In this document: positions 1 to 9,628 of the stretch, one piece after another
How the letters are laid out: the number at the start of each line of letters is the position of its first letter
How positions within the stretch are numbered: the stretch's first letter is position 1
Source: Cyanophyceae cyanobacterium
GTDB lineage: Bacteria > Cyanobacteriota > Cyanobacteriia > Cyanobacteriales > JBHJGN01
NCBI GenBank assembly: GCA_050331735.1
Contig: JBHJGN010000095.1
Coordinates: forward strand, 1-32,349
DNA: 32,349 nt
Reading direction: 5' to 3'
Position numbers and translations under genes: made by a program
Notes under the pieces: generated by a model
Told to the model about the DNA's origin: nothing
Database searches by the model: none
What the model saw: only the letters and a program-made list of their open reading frames with translations

Positions 1-124
1 CCGGAAGACGCAGAATGGCTTTGTCAAAAAACTTTTCGGTTAGAGGAGGAATATCAGAATAATTAATTTCCTCATCCGTCATTGCCTTTAGTGCTTCCCA
101 ATTAGTTCGTGAGGTATTGCTCAA
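1..124 (-). CDS. BrnA-family antitoxin, N-terminal part (runs off the window edge)
   Basis: Manual minus-strand translation from TTG at 124 gives MSNTSRTNWEALKAMTDEEINYSDIPPLTEKFFDKAILRLP. The TxWxxL...DxxIxYSDIPPL pattern is typical of BrnA-type antitoxins, and the gene overlaps the end of a BrnT-like frame. Not in the ORF track. Confidence 0.8.
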   Translation of the reverse strand, partial: MSNTSRTNWEALKAMTDEEINYSDIPPLTEKFFDKAILRLP

Positions 125-225
125 ATCGTTTGCGCTCATATCGGTTTGCCTTTCGTGCTGAAATAATTCGGATGGTAACACCCTGTCGTTCTGTCCAGAC
201 AAGCACCGCTAAGATCATCTCACCA
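102..225 (-). pseudogene. BrnT-family toxin, C-terminal remnant only
   Basis: VLVWTERQGVTIRIISARKANRYERKRFEQYL matches the BrnT C-terminal RIISARKA signature. Upstream sequence is the creatininase 3' end, so the N-terminal half (FEWD..K..N..KHG) is absent. Confidence 0.72.
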
Positions 226-1029
226 AGCAGGCTCTCGATCGAGAACAGATAAAGGCAATCGCTCCAAATCCTGAAGCAGCTCAATCAGGGAGCGGGCGGC
301 ATGATCGATGAGCTTTTCCCCCTTCTGGGCATCGGCATTGAGGGCATTACCACAGGCTCCCAAGGGGTTGAGGTCTTGAGTTTGCCACGCGAGCTTTCCC
401 CCTGAACTCAGAGAAACTCGGCTCGACTCCTCCGCTAAATCTTGGGTAAATGAGTGAAAGTCTTGAGCCTGCTTCATCTGCACCAGCTCTGGAGCTAACT
501 TTAACATCATAGAAGTCTCAATTGCCCCACCATGAATCCCGTGCTGGATCTCATTCTCGTCAAAGAGTCCCTTCGGTAAGCCGAGGGCGAACCAGCTACT
601 AGAAACCACCAACATCTTGTGCTTAATCCGCAGCTCCCGCCCCACAATATCAATTAGCGAAGTCTGTCCGCCGTGACTGTTGAAGAGAACTAACTTGCGA
701 ACTCCTGCTGCTGCTACACAGGCTCCAATCTCTAACCACATCTGCATTAGCGTTTCTGTACTCAGGGTTAGGGTTCCCGGATAGCGACTGTGCTCGTTAC
801 TTTTGCCAATGGCCAAAGTAGGCAGAATCGTTACGGGTAAATCCTCCGGCATCAGCGCGATCGCCCGCTCCAGAATGCCGTCGAGCAAACAGGCATCGAC
901 CACAACGGGCAAATGAGGACCGTGCTGCTCTACAGCCCCTACTGGCATCACGGCAATGGTTTTCTCTCCATCGAGTTGAGAGAATTCTAGGCTGCTCATC
1001 TCACTCCAGTATCGACGCGGGAAAATCAT
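220..1029 (-). CDS. Creatininase/creatinine amidohydrolase family protein
   Basis: Motifs PVGAVEQHGPHLP..D, SNEH..YPGT, NSHGGQ and HGGAIETS. Confidence 0.92.
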   Translation of the reverse strand: MIFPRRYWSEMSSLEFSQLDGEKTIAVMPVGAVEQHGPHLPVVVDACLLDGILERAIALMPEDLPVTILPTLAIGKSNEHSRYPGTLTLSTETLMQMWLEIGACVAAAGVRKLVLFNSHGGQTSLIDIVGRELRIKHKMLVVSSSWFALGLPKGLFDENEIQHGIHGGAIETSMMLKLAPELVQMKQAQDFHSFTQDLAEESSRVSLSSGGKLAWQTQDLNPLGACGNALNADAQKGEKLIDHAARSLIELLQDLERLPLSVLDREPAW

Positions 1030-1063
1030 GTTTCTTTTTTAGTGCTATGCCAATTTTAAGAAT

Positions 1064-1113
1064 GGGGGAAGGGGAAAGCGCCGCAGGCGCAGGGGAAAGG
1101 GAAGGGAAATTTT
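1064..1113 (+). repeat. G-rich heptamer-like tandem repeat (GGGGAAA/GGGAA) with an embedded hairpin GCGCC-GCA-GGCGC
   Basis: gggggaaggggaaa-gcgccgcaggcgc-aggggaaagggaagggaaatttt; related tracts at 12706 and 16230. Confidence 0.75.
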
Positions 1114-1154
1114 AATCGGCAATTAATAATCAACCGATAACACAAATTCTGCCG

Positions 1155-2552
1155 TCATTTAAATAGAACCGTTGAGCGCCGTCCATCGTATTCTGGATTA
1201 TTCCAGGCGATCATCTTGCCGGGATTGAGGAGTCCTTGAGGATCGGCTCGGCGCTTAAAGTTGAGTTGAGCGTGGTCTACCTGTTTCATGCCGCCTTCCT
1301 CGATGGTGTAAGCATGGGGATTGAAAATGGGGACACCGTTGGCTTCGTGGTACTCAATGATCTCCTTCAATCTGCCTTCTGAGGTGAAGCGCACAAGCTG
1401 CAAGCCAAAACAGGCGATCGCCCCCTGGAAACGCACAAACTCTAGGTGCATTGGCACTTCGTCTCCAAAATAGCGGTAGAAATGCTCAACCCGCTCTAAA
1501 TGGTCTCCTGGTGGAAAGAGAGACTGCAAATAGGTGATGTTGCGATCGGTTTTAAGAGCCTGGAGGGTGGTGTGATTCCAGGTAAACTCGTAGATGGGGG
1601 GGAGGCGATCGTCTTGATCTGTGCGTTTGTAAAGAACATTCCCCCCGTGACGATGGGTTAAATCCATAAACGCCTCCTCGGAGTGGGGAGCCACCATTAC
1701 CATGACTAGGCTTTGTCCCTCTGGTAAATAGTCCTTGAGTGGTTTGAAATATTGTTGGCCAACGGGAGCCGCAATCGGCGCAACTAGCTTCTTCAGAATA
1801 CCCGTGTGGGCGCAAAGATCGTGAGCGTAGTGGACGCCGGCCATAAAATCATCGAAACCAATCACAAATTCTCGCCAATCGTAGGCCGGAGCAAGAGGCA
1901 TCTCCACTTCCACAATCACGCCGTTGGTTCCATAGGCATGGGCAACTTTGTTAATTTCGTCTCCTCGCAGGGTTAGTATCTGAGGTTCGGCTTCCATCGT
2001 TACCACCTTAACCCCTAAAACGTTGCCAGGGTCACTAATTAGCCCCCAAGTCACGGAACCAATTCCAGAAGAACCTCCCGCAATGAAGCCGCCAATAGTG
2101 GCCAGTTCGCGGGTAGAGGGGTGCATGCGCTGTTCTTGACCCGAATGAGCCTGAGTCGCGCGATCGAGCTCGAGGATGCGAATACCGGGTTCTGTAACGA
2201 CCCGACCAGGAGCAATAGATTTAATCTTGTTCATCTCGCTCAGATCCAGGACGAGCCCTCCCTGGAGGGGCATTGCCTGACCGTAATTTCCAGTTCCGCC
2301 TGCTCGTACCGTGACGGGAACCTGATGCTGATAGCAGGCTTGGATGGTACTAACGACCTCTTGTTCGGTTTTAGGAACAACAACCAGATCTGCCATCACC
2401 TCATCGAGTTGACGCTTGAGTACTGGGCTATACCAGAAGAAGTCGCGGCTTTTCTGCCGCACAATCGGCGGATGGGTGATCGTTTCAATGTCACCGAGAT
2501 CCTTAATTTCCTGAATTAGGGAGTCGAGATTAATCAAGTCGCTTCGCTCCAA
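1155..2552 (-). CDS. FAD-binding oxidoreductase (FAD_binding_4, VAO/PCMH family)
   Basis: RAGGTGNYGQAMPLQGG, ATIGGFIAGGSSG, AHAYGTNG and C-terminal DPQGLLNPGK. Confidence 0.92.
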   Translation of the reverse strand: MERSDLINLDSLIQEIKDLGDIETITHPPIVRQKSRDFFWYSPVLKRQLDEVMADLVVVPKTEQEVVSTIQACYQHQVPVTVRAGGTGNYGQAMPLQGGLVLDLSEMNKIKSIAPGRVVTEPGIRILELDRATQAHSGQEQRMHPSTRELATIGGFIAGGSSGIGSVTWGLISDPGNVLGVKVVTMEAEPQILTLRGDEINKVAHAYGTNGVIVEVEMPLAPAYDWREFVIGFDDFMAGVHYAHDLCAHTGILKKLVAPIAAPVGQQYFKPLKDYLPEGQSLVMVMVAPHSEEAFMDLTHRHGGNVLYKRTDQDDRLPPIYEFTWNHTTLQALKTDRNITYLQSLFPPGDHLERVEHFYRYFGDEVPMHLEFVRFQGAIACFGLQLVRFTSEGRLKEIIEYHEANGVPIFNPHAYTIEEGGMKQVDHAQLNFKRRADPQGLLNPGKMIAWNNPEYDGRRSTVLFK

Positions 2553-2617
2553 TTAAAAATAATCTGGTTTGCTGTCTCAACAAAGAGGTTCAAATCCCTT
2601 AATGATTAAATGAGAAA

Positions 2618-3097
2618 TTAACTAGCTTGTGTTTCAGTTGAAATTTTTTCTTTCGGAATATAGGCAGTAGCTTCTACCTCAATCATCACTTCAGGAGTGG
2701 GCAGCATTCCAGAAACTTCCACAATCGTACTAGCAGGAGGTTGGTCGGGAAAAAAGAGATTTCGGACGCGGCTATAGAGGGGAAAGTCTCTAAGATCTTT
2801 AAAATACTGCACCAGTTTAAACACATCCTGAAGCTGCCCTCCGGCATCTTCCACGGTCTGCTGAATTTTGTCGAAGATGTACCAACTTTGCACCAAAATA
2901 GGGCCTTCTTTGGCATCTACAGAAAATTCTCCCGTCTCCCCCAACAGCTCACGAGCATGGGAAGGAATATCAGCATAGTCTTGAATTACTTTTCGCTGCC
3001 TGGGATCGACAGCAATCACGCCAGAGAGAAACACCAAGTCTCCAACTCGACGATAAGCCGCATAGCGGGCAAGGGGGTTGGCAATGTCGCGGGACAT
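2618..3097 (-). CDS. RidA/YjgF/YER057c/UK114 family protein
   Basis: Y...RRVGDLVFLSG, RNLFFP.QPPASTIVEV..., IEVEATAY. Confidence 0.9.
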   Translation of the reverse strand: MSRDIANPLARYAAYRRVGDLVFLSGVIAVDPRQRKVIQDYADIPSHARELLGETGEFSVDAKEGPILVQSWYIFDKIQQTVEDAGGQLQDVFKLVQYFKDLRDFPLYSRVRNLFFPDQPPASTIVEVSGMLPTPEVMIEVEATAYIPKEKISTETQAS

Positions 3098-3188
3098 AGG
3101 GAGGAAGCAGGAACCAGTGACCAGTACAGGAGATGAGGAAGTAAAGCTTCCAGCTAACTTCCGACCAGGAAGAGTACTACGACTAATT

Positions 3189-3230
3189 AGGCTACAGAAG
3201 ACGGATGACTTTTTTTGTATTATGAATCAC
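3189..3230 (-). promoter_or_regulatory. Putative NtcA-activated promoter for the ridA-FAD oxidoreductase-creatininase cluster
   Basis: Minus strand GTG-attcataa-TAC (3230-3217), an A-rich flank, exactly 22 nt of spacer, then TAGCCT (3194-3189). This fits GTA-N8-TAC-N22-TAN3T with one mismatch. Confidence 0.65.
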
Positions 3231-3372
3231 TGAATTGGCTAAGGAACTGCCGACGGGAAACTTGGACAGGGAGAGCACAATTAATTCATGACTCGCCTCC
3301 GAGTTGATGCGGAAGCATTGTGACTGGCTCGCCGCTATTCTGCACACTTCATCTGGTTCAGTTTTGAAAAAC

Positions 3373-4833
3373 CTAAGATAGCGTCAGGTTTTTTAAGGTG
3401 AAATAAACCGTGGCTCCCTGACCCAATTGCGATTCAATCCAGATACGTCCTTGATGACGCTCGACAATTTTGCGGCAGATTGCTAAACCAATGCCAATAC
3501 CGGGATAGTCGGTACGGTTGTGTAGCCGCTGGAAAATTTCAAAAATTCGTTCGGCGTACTGGGGCTTCAAGCCGATGCCGTTATCAGCAACGGTCATGAG
3601 CCAATGCTCGGGCTGCTGCTGGGCACGGATGCAAATTTCGGGAGGAGACTGGCTGCGAAACTTGATGGTGTTGTCGATTAAATGAATAAAGAGCTGTTCC
3701 ATCTGTCGCGGATTAGCTGTGACGACTGGGAGAAATTCCGCTGTCACGTGGGCGCGATTCTCGGCAATGGTTTCGCTCATGTGCTCTAAAACGGTTTCTA
3801 GCACCTCCGGCAAAGCAATTGGCTTGACGATCGCCTCTTCTCGCAGAATCCGCCAGTAGTCTAACAGGCCGCTGAGTTGGGCCTGCATTCGCGAGACTCC
3901 CTTGGTCATTGATGCTAGATACTGAACTGCTCGCCCGTCAAGTTTTTCCGAGTATTTTTTGTCGAGTAGATCTGCGTAGAGGCGCACTTTACGCAGCGGT
4001 TCCTGGAGGTCGTGAGAGGAGATAAAAGCAAACTGTTCTAACTCCTGATTCGAGCGCAGCAGTTGAGCGGTTCGTTCTTGGACGCGCTGTTCTAGCTGAG
4101 CATTGAGCTGACTAAGCATGGCCTCTCGCTGCTTTTGGGCCGCAATTTCCGTCATCTTTTCGGTCCAGTTAAGGCGATCGCGCTTGACTCGTTCGCTGTA
4201 GTGCTCGAAAAAGTCTCCTAAACTTGGTTCTTCCTGAATGCTTTGCTGAAGGTAAGCGATCGCTCGCTGGTCGGCTTCGTACTGATAAGCGATCTCTGGA
4301 TGAGCTTCCATCCACTGATGACACATTCTGATGTAGGCAATGAGCGCAATCAAATGTTGGTAGTTGGCTTCCCCGAGCAGACGACGAAGTTGGCTGCGGC
4401 AGTGAGCCCCTTGCTCTCCCGCTAGCGCGATAAACACAGCACAATGGAGTAAACTGTCATCAAAAGCAGTATTGTCGGTAGGGAGAGGGTTTCCTTCAAG
4501 CTGTTGCGCTAATTTTTGAAGATGAGCGCCAATTTCAGTTTCTAAAGGCGGAAACGATTCCAGCAGTTCTAAAATTTCCCGCGCCTGCACTCCAAGAGAC
4601 CGCAACGTGCAGCTATGACAGATCATGCAGTAGGGAACGGCACAGTAGCGCGATAGATAGGCAGACAGCTTCTCTTTAAACACCACTGGCAGGGGATTGT
4701 CCAAATAGGCAGCTACCGTCTGCTGCCACAGGTTTTCCAAGACTTGTGGTGTTGCCAGGGCAGGAGTCAAAAAAACCGGAAAAAAACCTAATTTCGCTTC
4801 AACGCTAGCCCGAATTTCTGCTCCCGTCTGCAC
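3373..4833 (-). CDS. Soluble histidine kinase with an N-terminal AhpD/carboxymuconolactone-decarboxylase-like Cys-rich domain
   Basis: H-box SHDLQEPLRKV, DNGIG, FEIFQRLH, GIGIGLAIC..IVERH. The N-terminus has LGFFP...P..LENLW and KEKLSAYLSRYCAVPYCMICH, resembling an AhpD-like core. No transmembrane segment seen. Confidence 0.88.
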   Translation of the reverse strand: MQTGAEIRASVEAKLGFFPVFLTPALATPQVLENLWQQTVAAYLDNPLPVVFKEKLSAYLSRYCAVPYCMICHSCTLRSLGVQAREILELLESFPPLETEIGAHLQKLAQQLEGNPLPTDNTAFDDSLLHCAVFIALAGEQGAHCRSQLRRLLGEANYQHLIALIAYIRMCHQWMEAHPEIAYQYEADQRAIAYLQQSIQEEPSLGDFFEHYSERVKRDRLNWTEKMTEIAAQKQREAMLSQLNAQLEQRVQERTAQLLRSNQELEQFAFISSHDLQEPLRKVRLYADLLDKKYSEKLDGRAVQYLASMTKGVSRMQAQLSGLLDYWRILREEAIVKPIALPEVLETVLEHMSETIAENRAHVTAEFLPVVTANPRQMEQLFIHLIDNTIKFRSQSPPEICIRAQQQPEHWLMTVADNGIGLKPQYAERIFEIFQRLHNRTDYPGIGIGLAICRKIVERHQGRIWIESQLGQGATVYFTLKNLTLS

Positions 4834-4897
4834 TGCTTCACCATTTCCTGCTCTTTGTTTGTCGAGTAACCACTAGGGTAATTGTGACAACACAGTT

Positions 4898-5587
4898 CTA
4901 AATCGGCAACCGCTGAATATCTCGATTACAGCCAATCACCACCATTTCCATGCCTTTGCGCAAGTATTCCTGCGGCTTCGGATTAATCGTAAACTTTTCT
5001 CCGTTCCCAATCGCCAACACGTTCAAACCGTAGTGACTGCGGAGCTGTAAATCGGCGATGGTTTTGCCGTCAAATTCTGCTGGCACCAATACTTCCACAA
5101 TGCTGTTGTCGGGATCGAGGTCAAAGCGATCGAGAATGGCGGGTTTGGTTAACTTCCGCGCCAAGGCACAGCCCGCCTCATACTCTGGAAACACCACGTG
5201 ATCGGCTCCCACCCGCTCTAACAGCTTGCCGTGAATTTCCGATGACGCTTTAGCCACCACGTGTTCAACCCCCGCTTCCTTTACGTTGAGCGTGGTAATA
5301 ATACTCTCCTGGAGGTAGTTACCAATAGCGACGATGACGGTATCCACCTCAAAAATGCCCGCTTCTTTAAGAGCGGCAGGGTCGGTAGAATCGAGCTGAA
5401 TAGCGTGAGCAGCAATCCTTTCTGTCAGTACGCGGGCCACGAGCTTTTCTTCGATATCGGTTCCTAACACTTCACAGCCCATGCTGTGGAGCGAGGAACA
5501 CACCGCTCGTCCAAAGCGCCCTAAACCAATCACGGCAAACTGGCGATTGTCCTGGCGCAGAGTGGTCAAAAAATTGAGAGTTCGCAC
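4898..5587 (-). CDS. ktrA: Ktr/Trk K+ uptake NAD-binding (RCK) subunit
   Basis: AVIGLGRFG, GADHVVFPE and a TrkA_C domain. A GTG start at 5587 after a purine-rich RBS is preferred over 5617. Confidence 0.93.
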   Translation of the reverse strand: MRTLNFLTTLRQDNRQFAVIGLGRFGRAVCSSLHSMGCEVLGTDIEEKLVARVLTERIAAHAIQLDSTDPAALKEAGIFEVDTVIVAIGNYLQESIITTLNVKEAGVEHVVAKASSEIHGKLLERVGADHVVFPEYEAGCALARKLTKPAILDRFDLDPDNSIVEVLVPAEFDGKTIADLQLRSHYGLNVLAIGNGEKFTINPKPQEYLRKGMEMVVIGCNRDIQRLPI

Positions 5588-5664
5588 GGGCCCCCTTCCT
5601 CTGTGAAACCGTTTCAAGCGTAGACGAGCGGACTCGGTTACTAACGTCTAATGGTTCATTATAG

Positions 5665-6996
5665 CTAACCGACCAGCAGATTTTCTTTCGGATACTGAAT
5701 CAGCGTCGGACGCGGTTCGCCGATAATCGCTGCAATTAGCAAAAGAATGCTGACTCGTCCGGTGTACATCGTCATGACTAAAATTAGCTGAGCGATCGCC
5801 GATAAATCGGCGGTAATTCCGGTTGACAGTCCGACGGTGGCAAAAGCGGAAATCACTTCAAACAGAATTTGCAGCAGGTTTAATTCTGGATTGGCCACAG
5901 AAATCAGAATGGTTGCCAAAATAATCGATGAAGCGGACCCAAACACCACGCCCACCGCTTTTAAGATCAACGGCACCGGCACTTCTCTTTGGTACATGGT
6001 TACTTCATCTTTCCCCCGTAGGACAGAGCGCGTACAGTTAGTTAAAATTCTCAGGGTTGTGGTTTTAATGCCGCCGCCGGTTCCGCTCGGACTCGCGCCC
6101 ACAAACATAAACGCCATCGTGATAAACAGCCCCGCTGTCGTCATTTCGGCAATATCAATCGAGTTGAAGCCCGCTGTTCGCGTTGTCACCGACTGAAACC
6201 AAGCCGCTAACAGCTTGTCAGAGAGAGAGCCATCTAAGGTTCTGGGGTTGTTAAACTCGGTTAAGAAAAAAGCAGCAAATCCCAGGAGGAGGAGAAACAG
6301 AGTGGTGCTGACGACTACCTTAAAATTGAGCGAAAACCCATAGATTTCCCGCCGATGTTTGAGGCGCATTACTGCCCAGGAATACATTTCGATAATCACC
6401 TGATAGCCAATGCCGCCAAAAATAATCAGTGCTGAAATAATCATCGTCATGGTCACTGAAGCCCGATAAGAGACTAAACTATCTTCAAACAGGCTAAAGC
6501 CAGCGTTATTCCAGGCGCTGATGCTGTGAAAAACCGAAAGCCATAGCCCGCTGTTCCAACCGTAGTCGGGGGCAAACACCGCCAGCAGCGCAAAGATCCC
6601 GGTAATCTCGAAAACGAGAGTGGTAGCGACAATGGAGCGGACTAAATTTTGACTGCCTTGTAAAAAAGGGCGATCAAAGGATTCTTGAATGGCAAACTTT
6701 TGCCGGAGATCGAATCGCCGTCCGATGAGCAGCATCAGGAAAGTCGTTGTGGACATATAGCCCAGTCCTCCTACCTGAATCAGCAGCAGGATGATGAGCT
6801 GCCCCCAGAACGAGAAGTAGCTGCCCGTATCCACTACAATCAACCCCGTGACGCAGACGGCGGACGTGGCGGTAAACAGGGCCACAATCGGATTATTCCA
6901 GGTTCCGGTACTGGTGGAAAACGGCAGCAGTAACAGAACCGTGCCCAGCGCAATCAGCGCTAAGAAACCGAGGCAAATTGTGCGGGCAATCGTCAT
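5665..6996 (-). CDS. ktrB: Ktr/TrkH-family K+ uptake membrane subunit
   Basis: Pore loops SAVCVTGL, SAWNNAGF, TTRTAGF and SAFATVGLS; GASPSGTGGGIKTTT. Confidence 0.95.
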   Translation of the reverse strand: MTIARTICLGFLALIALGTVLLLLPFSTSTGTWNNPIVALFTATSAVCVTGLIVVDTGSYFSFWGQLIILLLIQVGGLGYMSTTTFLMLLIGRRFDLRQKFAIQESFDRPFLQGSQNLVRSIVATTLVFEITGIFALLAVFAPDYGWNSGLWLSVFHSISAWNNAGFSLFEDSLVSYRASVTMTMIISALIIFGGIGYQVIIEMYSWAVMRLKHRREIYGFSLNFKVVVSTTLFLLLLGFAAFFLTEFNNPRTLDGSLSDKLLAAWFQSVTTRTAGFNSIDIAEMTTAGLFITMAFMFVGASPSGTGGGIKTTTLRILTNCTRSVLRGKDEVTMYQREVPVPLILKAVGVVFGSASSIILATILISVANPELNLLQILFEVISAFATVGLSTGITADLSAIAQLILVMTMYTGRVSILLLIAAIIGEPRPTLIQYPKENLLVG

Positions 6997-7058
6997 AATC
7001 TCTTTCCCTCGTCGCTCCTTGTCTAGATGATGGGTTCCCTAGGGCAGCAAACCCGTTG

Positions 7059-8198
7059 CTAACGACTCAATTGATACCGCTGCTGTAACACCTCAGCGTA
7101 AAGCTTTTCTAGCTGAGTAATGTTTTGAGCAAGCGTATAGCGCTCTAGCACTCGCGCTCGTCCTCGTCTGCCCAGCACCTTGACCATTTCTGGGTGTTCT
7201 CGCAACAGCGGCAGCAGCGTTTTCAGTTGCGTAAACACTTTTTGGGTATCTAAAACCACCCCGGCTCCGTCTTCTAGGACTTCTCCATCGGCTCCGGCAT
7301 CGGTGGCGACACAGGCAACGCCGCACGCCATCGCTTCGAGGAGAGAGAGCGAAAGTCCTTCGACTAAAGACGGCAAAATAAAGACATCTGCCGCCCGCAA
7401 AATTTCAATTCGCGTTCTCTCATCAGAGACAAAGCCCAGCCAAATCACGTTAGATTCTTTACTATACAAAGTCTGTAGCGAAGCTGCCAGAGGACCATCT
7501 CCAACGATCAGGAGCTTGCTGTCGTTACCGAGGTTAGCAGTCTTCCACGCTTTGAGGAGGGCTTCGACGTTTTTAGCGGTGGCAATGCGCCCCTGATAAA
7601 CAAATAGATGATGAGCATTGAGCTGAAGCTTTAGCTGAGAAGGTCCAGGAGCATATTTTTGCACGTCAACTCCATTGGGGATCACGGCGAGCTTGACGGC
7701 GGGAACTCCCAGCTTGATCAGCAGGTTTCGCTGAGTCCGCGAAAACACCACAACGCGGTCGTAGTGAGCCAAAAAAGGAGCGTAAAGCTGATAAGCGAGC
7801 AGTTGAGTGCTGGATTTGAAATTGCGGATTTTGCTGTCAAAGGGAGGATGAAAGGTGGCAACCAGGGGAATCTGTAGCTCGGCACAAATTTCTGGCAGTC
7901 GAAAATCGAGCGGCGACAGAGTGAGAGAGGCATGAATGAGATCGGGACGCAGTTCCTGGAGCGATCGCGTCAACACTCGGCTGGCTTTTAACGAGGGAAT
8001 GGTATATCCCTGGGACTTATAAACAAAGGGGAGAAAAATCTCGGGGCAGTGGGGCCAGTTTTTGTCGGGGGCTTCTTCTTGAGCAAAGTGCAAAAAGCTG
8101 ATGCGGTATTCCCGCTCTAGCAAGCCATTGGTCACTTCTCTTCCGTAAGTTACATTGCCACAGAATGGTGATTTTTTTCCCAACCAAGCGATATGCAT
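7059..8198 (-). CDS. dgdA: GT4 glycosyltransferase, cyanobacterial digalactosyldiacylglycerol synthase DgdA (KtrE)
   Basis: MHIAWLGKKSPFCGNVTYGRE N-terminus, EGLSLSLLEAMACG GT4 motif, and position directly upstream of ktrB as in other cyanobacteria. Confidence 0.85.
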   Translation of the reverse strand: MHIAWLGKKSPFCGNVTYGREVTNGLLEREYRISFLHFAQEEAPDKNWPHCPEIFLPFVYKSQGYTIPSLKASRVLTRSLQELRPDLIHASLTLSPLDFRLPEICAELQIPLVATFHPPFDSKIRNFKSSTQLLAYQLYAPFLAHYDRVVVFSRTQRNLLIKLGVPAVKLAVIPNGVDVQKYAPGPSQLKLQLNAHHLFVYQGRIATAKNVEALLKAWKTANLGNDSKLLIVGDGPLAASLQTLYSKESNVIWLGFVSDERTRIEILRAADVFILPSLVEGLSLSLLEAMACGVACVATDAGADGEVLEDGAGVVLDTQKVFTQLKTLLPLLREHPEMVKVLGRRGRARVLERYTLAQNITQLEKLYAEVLQQRYQLSR

Positions 8199-8254
8199 TC
8201 AGATGAAATTCGCGCTCTTTTAGAACTGTGCTGCTCTCTAGTCCCTGAGCGTTA

Positions 8255-9628
8255 CTAGCGGCAACCGGACCGCTCGCTCGACGCAGAGACTGGAAAGCCT
8301 GTAGGGGAAATATACCAGGTTAAGATACCTCCCGCTACCGCTAGAACCGCTAAACTCAGCAGGACGGTTCTTAACCCCAGCCAGGTTTCCGCTACGCCGG
8401 CTAGAGCGAGGGGCAACGAAAGCGCAATATTGACCGCATTATTTTGCAGCCCAAATACTTTACCGCGCATCTCGTGGGGAGTTTCTGCCTGGACGGTGGT
8501 CTGCATCGGAACGCCAATCAGAGCGGCAAAGCTTCCCAGCAGCGTCGTCATCAGCAGCGCCAGCCAGAGCTGTTGGGTCAACGCCAGACCCAGCAGCGCT
8601 CCGGCCACTCCAAGCGATCCCCAGAGACTAAGCTGAGTGGGGGGAAACTGCTGTCCCCAGTGTCCGATAAAAGCAGCCCCCACGGCCATGCCGAGACCGC
8701 TTGCCGCTAACAAAAAGCCGAACTGTTCCGCTTCCATCCCCGGAAGAGATTCGGCGAGGCTGACCGCTAACACAGCCAAAGCGGCAAAGACCGAAAATAG
8801 AATCACCAACTGAATCATGGCGTTGCGGACGCGCTTATTTTTCTGGAGATAGAGCACCCCCTCCCAAATATCCCGAAGAACGTGGGGTTGTTGAGCGGGC
8901 TGTGCTTGCTCTTCTGTCTTGAGCCACAGCAGCAGCAGTCCGGCGATCGCATAGGAACCGCCGACAACGAGTTCTTGACCGCCATTCCAGGTCACTCCTA
9001 ACCCGGCCAGGATGCGGTCGGACCACTCCAGGAGCGGCTCCCCAATGGCGAAGCCGACGATCAGCAGCGCCATCATGGTTGTAGTGTAGAGGGAGTTAGC
9101 AGGCAAAAGATGGCGTCGCTTAACGATGAGCGGGATGACGGCTTGTTCAGCCGGAGCGAAAAACTGGGTAAGGGTTGATACCAGTAAGGTCACTCCGAGC
9201 AAAATCCAGAAGCCCATTGGCAGCCCGAACCGGGGTGTTTGGTCCTGAACGAGCCACAGCAGGAGGGGTAAGGCCAGCACCAGCAGTCCCCGCAGTAGAT
9301 TCGAGACCACAAGAACACTTTTTTTTGACCAGCGATCTACATAAACCCCAGCCAGAGAACCAAACAAAACTGCCGGAACGGTAAAAGCCACCATGATTGC
9401 CGAGACCCAGCCGCTCATGGTTTGATGAGCTGACTGAAAGCGATTGGCAATTAAAGCAATCATCAGCACCAAGTAGACTTTATCTGCTAGTTGAGAAAAG
9501 ATTTGTCCGCTCCACAGCAGGAGAAAGCGTCGGTTTTGCAGCACGGGAAGGAACCCTCGTCCTTTCAGCTCTGGCATGGTTTGATGGCTATTCTCAGGAG
9601 CCATAGAGGGGTGATGTTGACTTGGCAT
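8255..9628 (-). CDS. MFS transporter (MFS_3/DHA3-like)
   Basis: FLLLWSGQIFSQLAD, AGVYVDRWSKK, MRGKVFG and about 12 hydrophobic segments. Start moved to ATG 9628 (AGGAGG upstream, avoids overlap with recO). Confidence 0.9.
   Translation of the reverse strand: MPSQHHPSMAPENSHQTMPELKGRGFLPVLQNRRFLLLWSGQIFSQLADKVYLVLMIALIANRFQSAHQTMSGWVSAIMVAFTVPAVLFGSLAGVYVDRWSKKSVLVVSNLLRGLLVLALPLLLWLVQDQTPRFGLPMGFWILLGVTLLVSTLTQFFAPAEQAVIPLIVKRRHLLPANSLYTTTMMALLIVGFAIGEPLLEWSDRILAGLGVTWNGGQELVVGGSYAIAGLLLLWLKTEEQAQPAQQPHVLRDIWEGVLYLQKNKRVRNAMIQLVILFSVFAALAVLAVSLAESLPGMEAEQFGFLLAASGLGMAVGAAFIGHWGQQFPPTQLSLWGSLGVAGALLGLALTQQLWLALLMTTLLGSFAALIGVPMQTTVQAETPHEMRGKVFGLQNNAVNIALSLPLALAGVAETWLGLRTVLLSLAVLAVAGGILTWYISPTGFPVSASSERSGCR

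Noticed and set aside
3098..3185. Twin hairpins in the ridA leader as a guanidine-II riboswitch
   Set aside because: The loops lack the ACGR tetraloop
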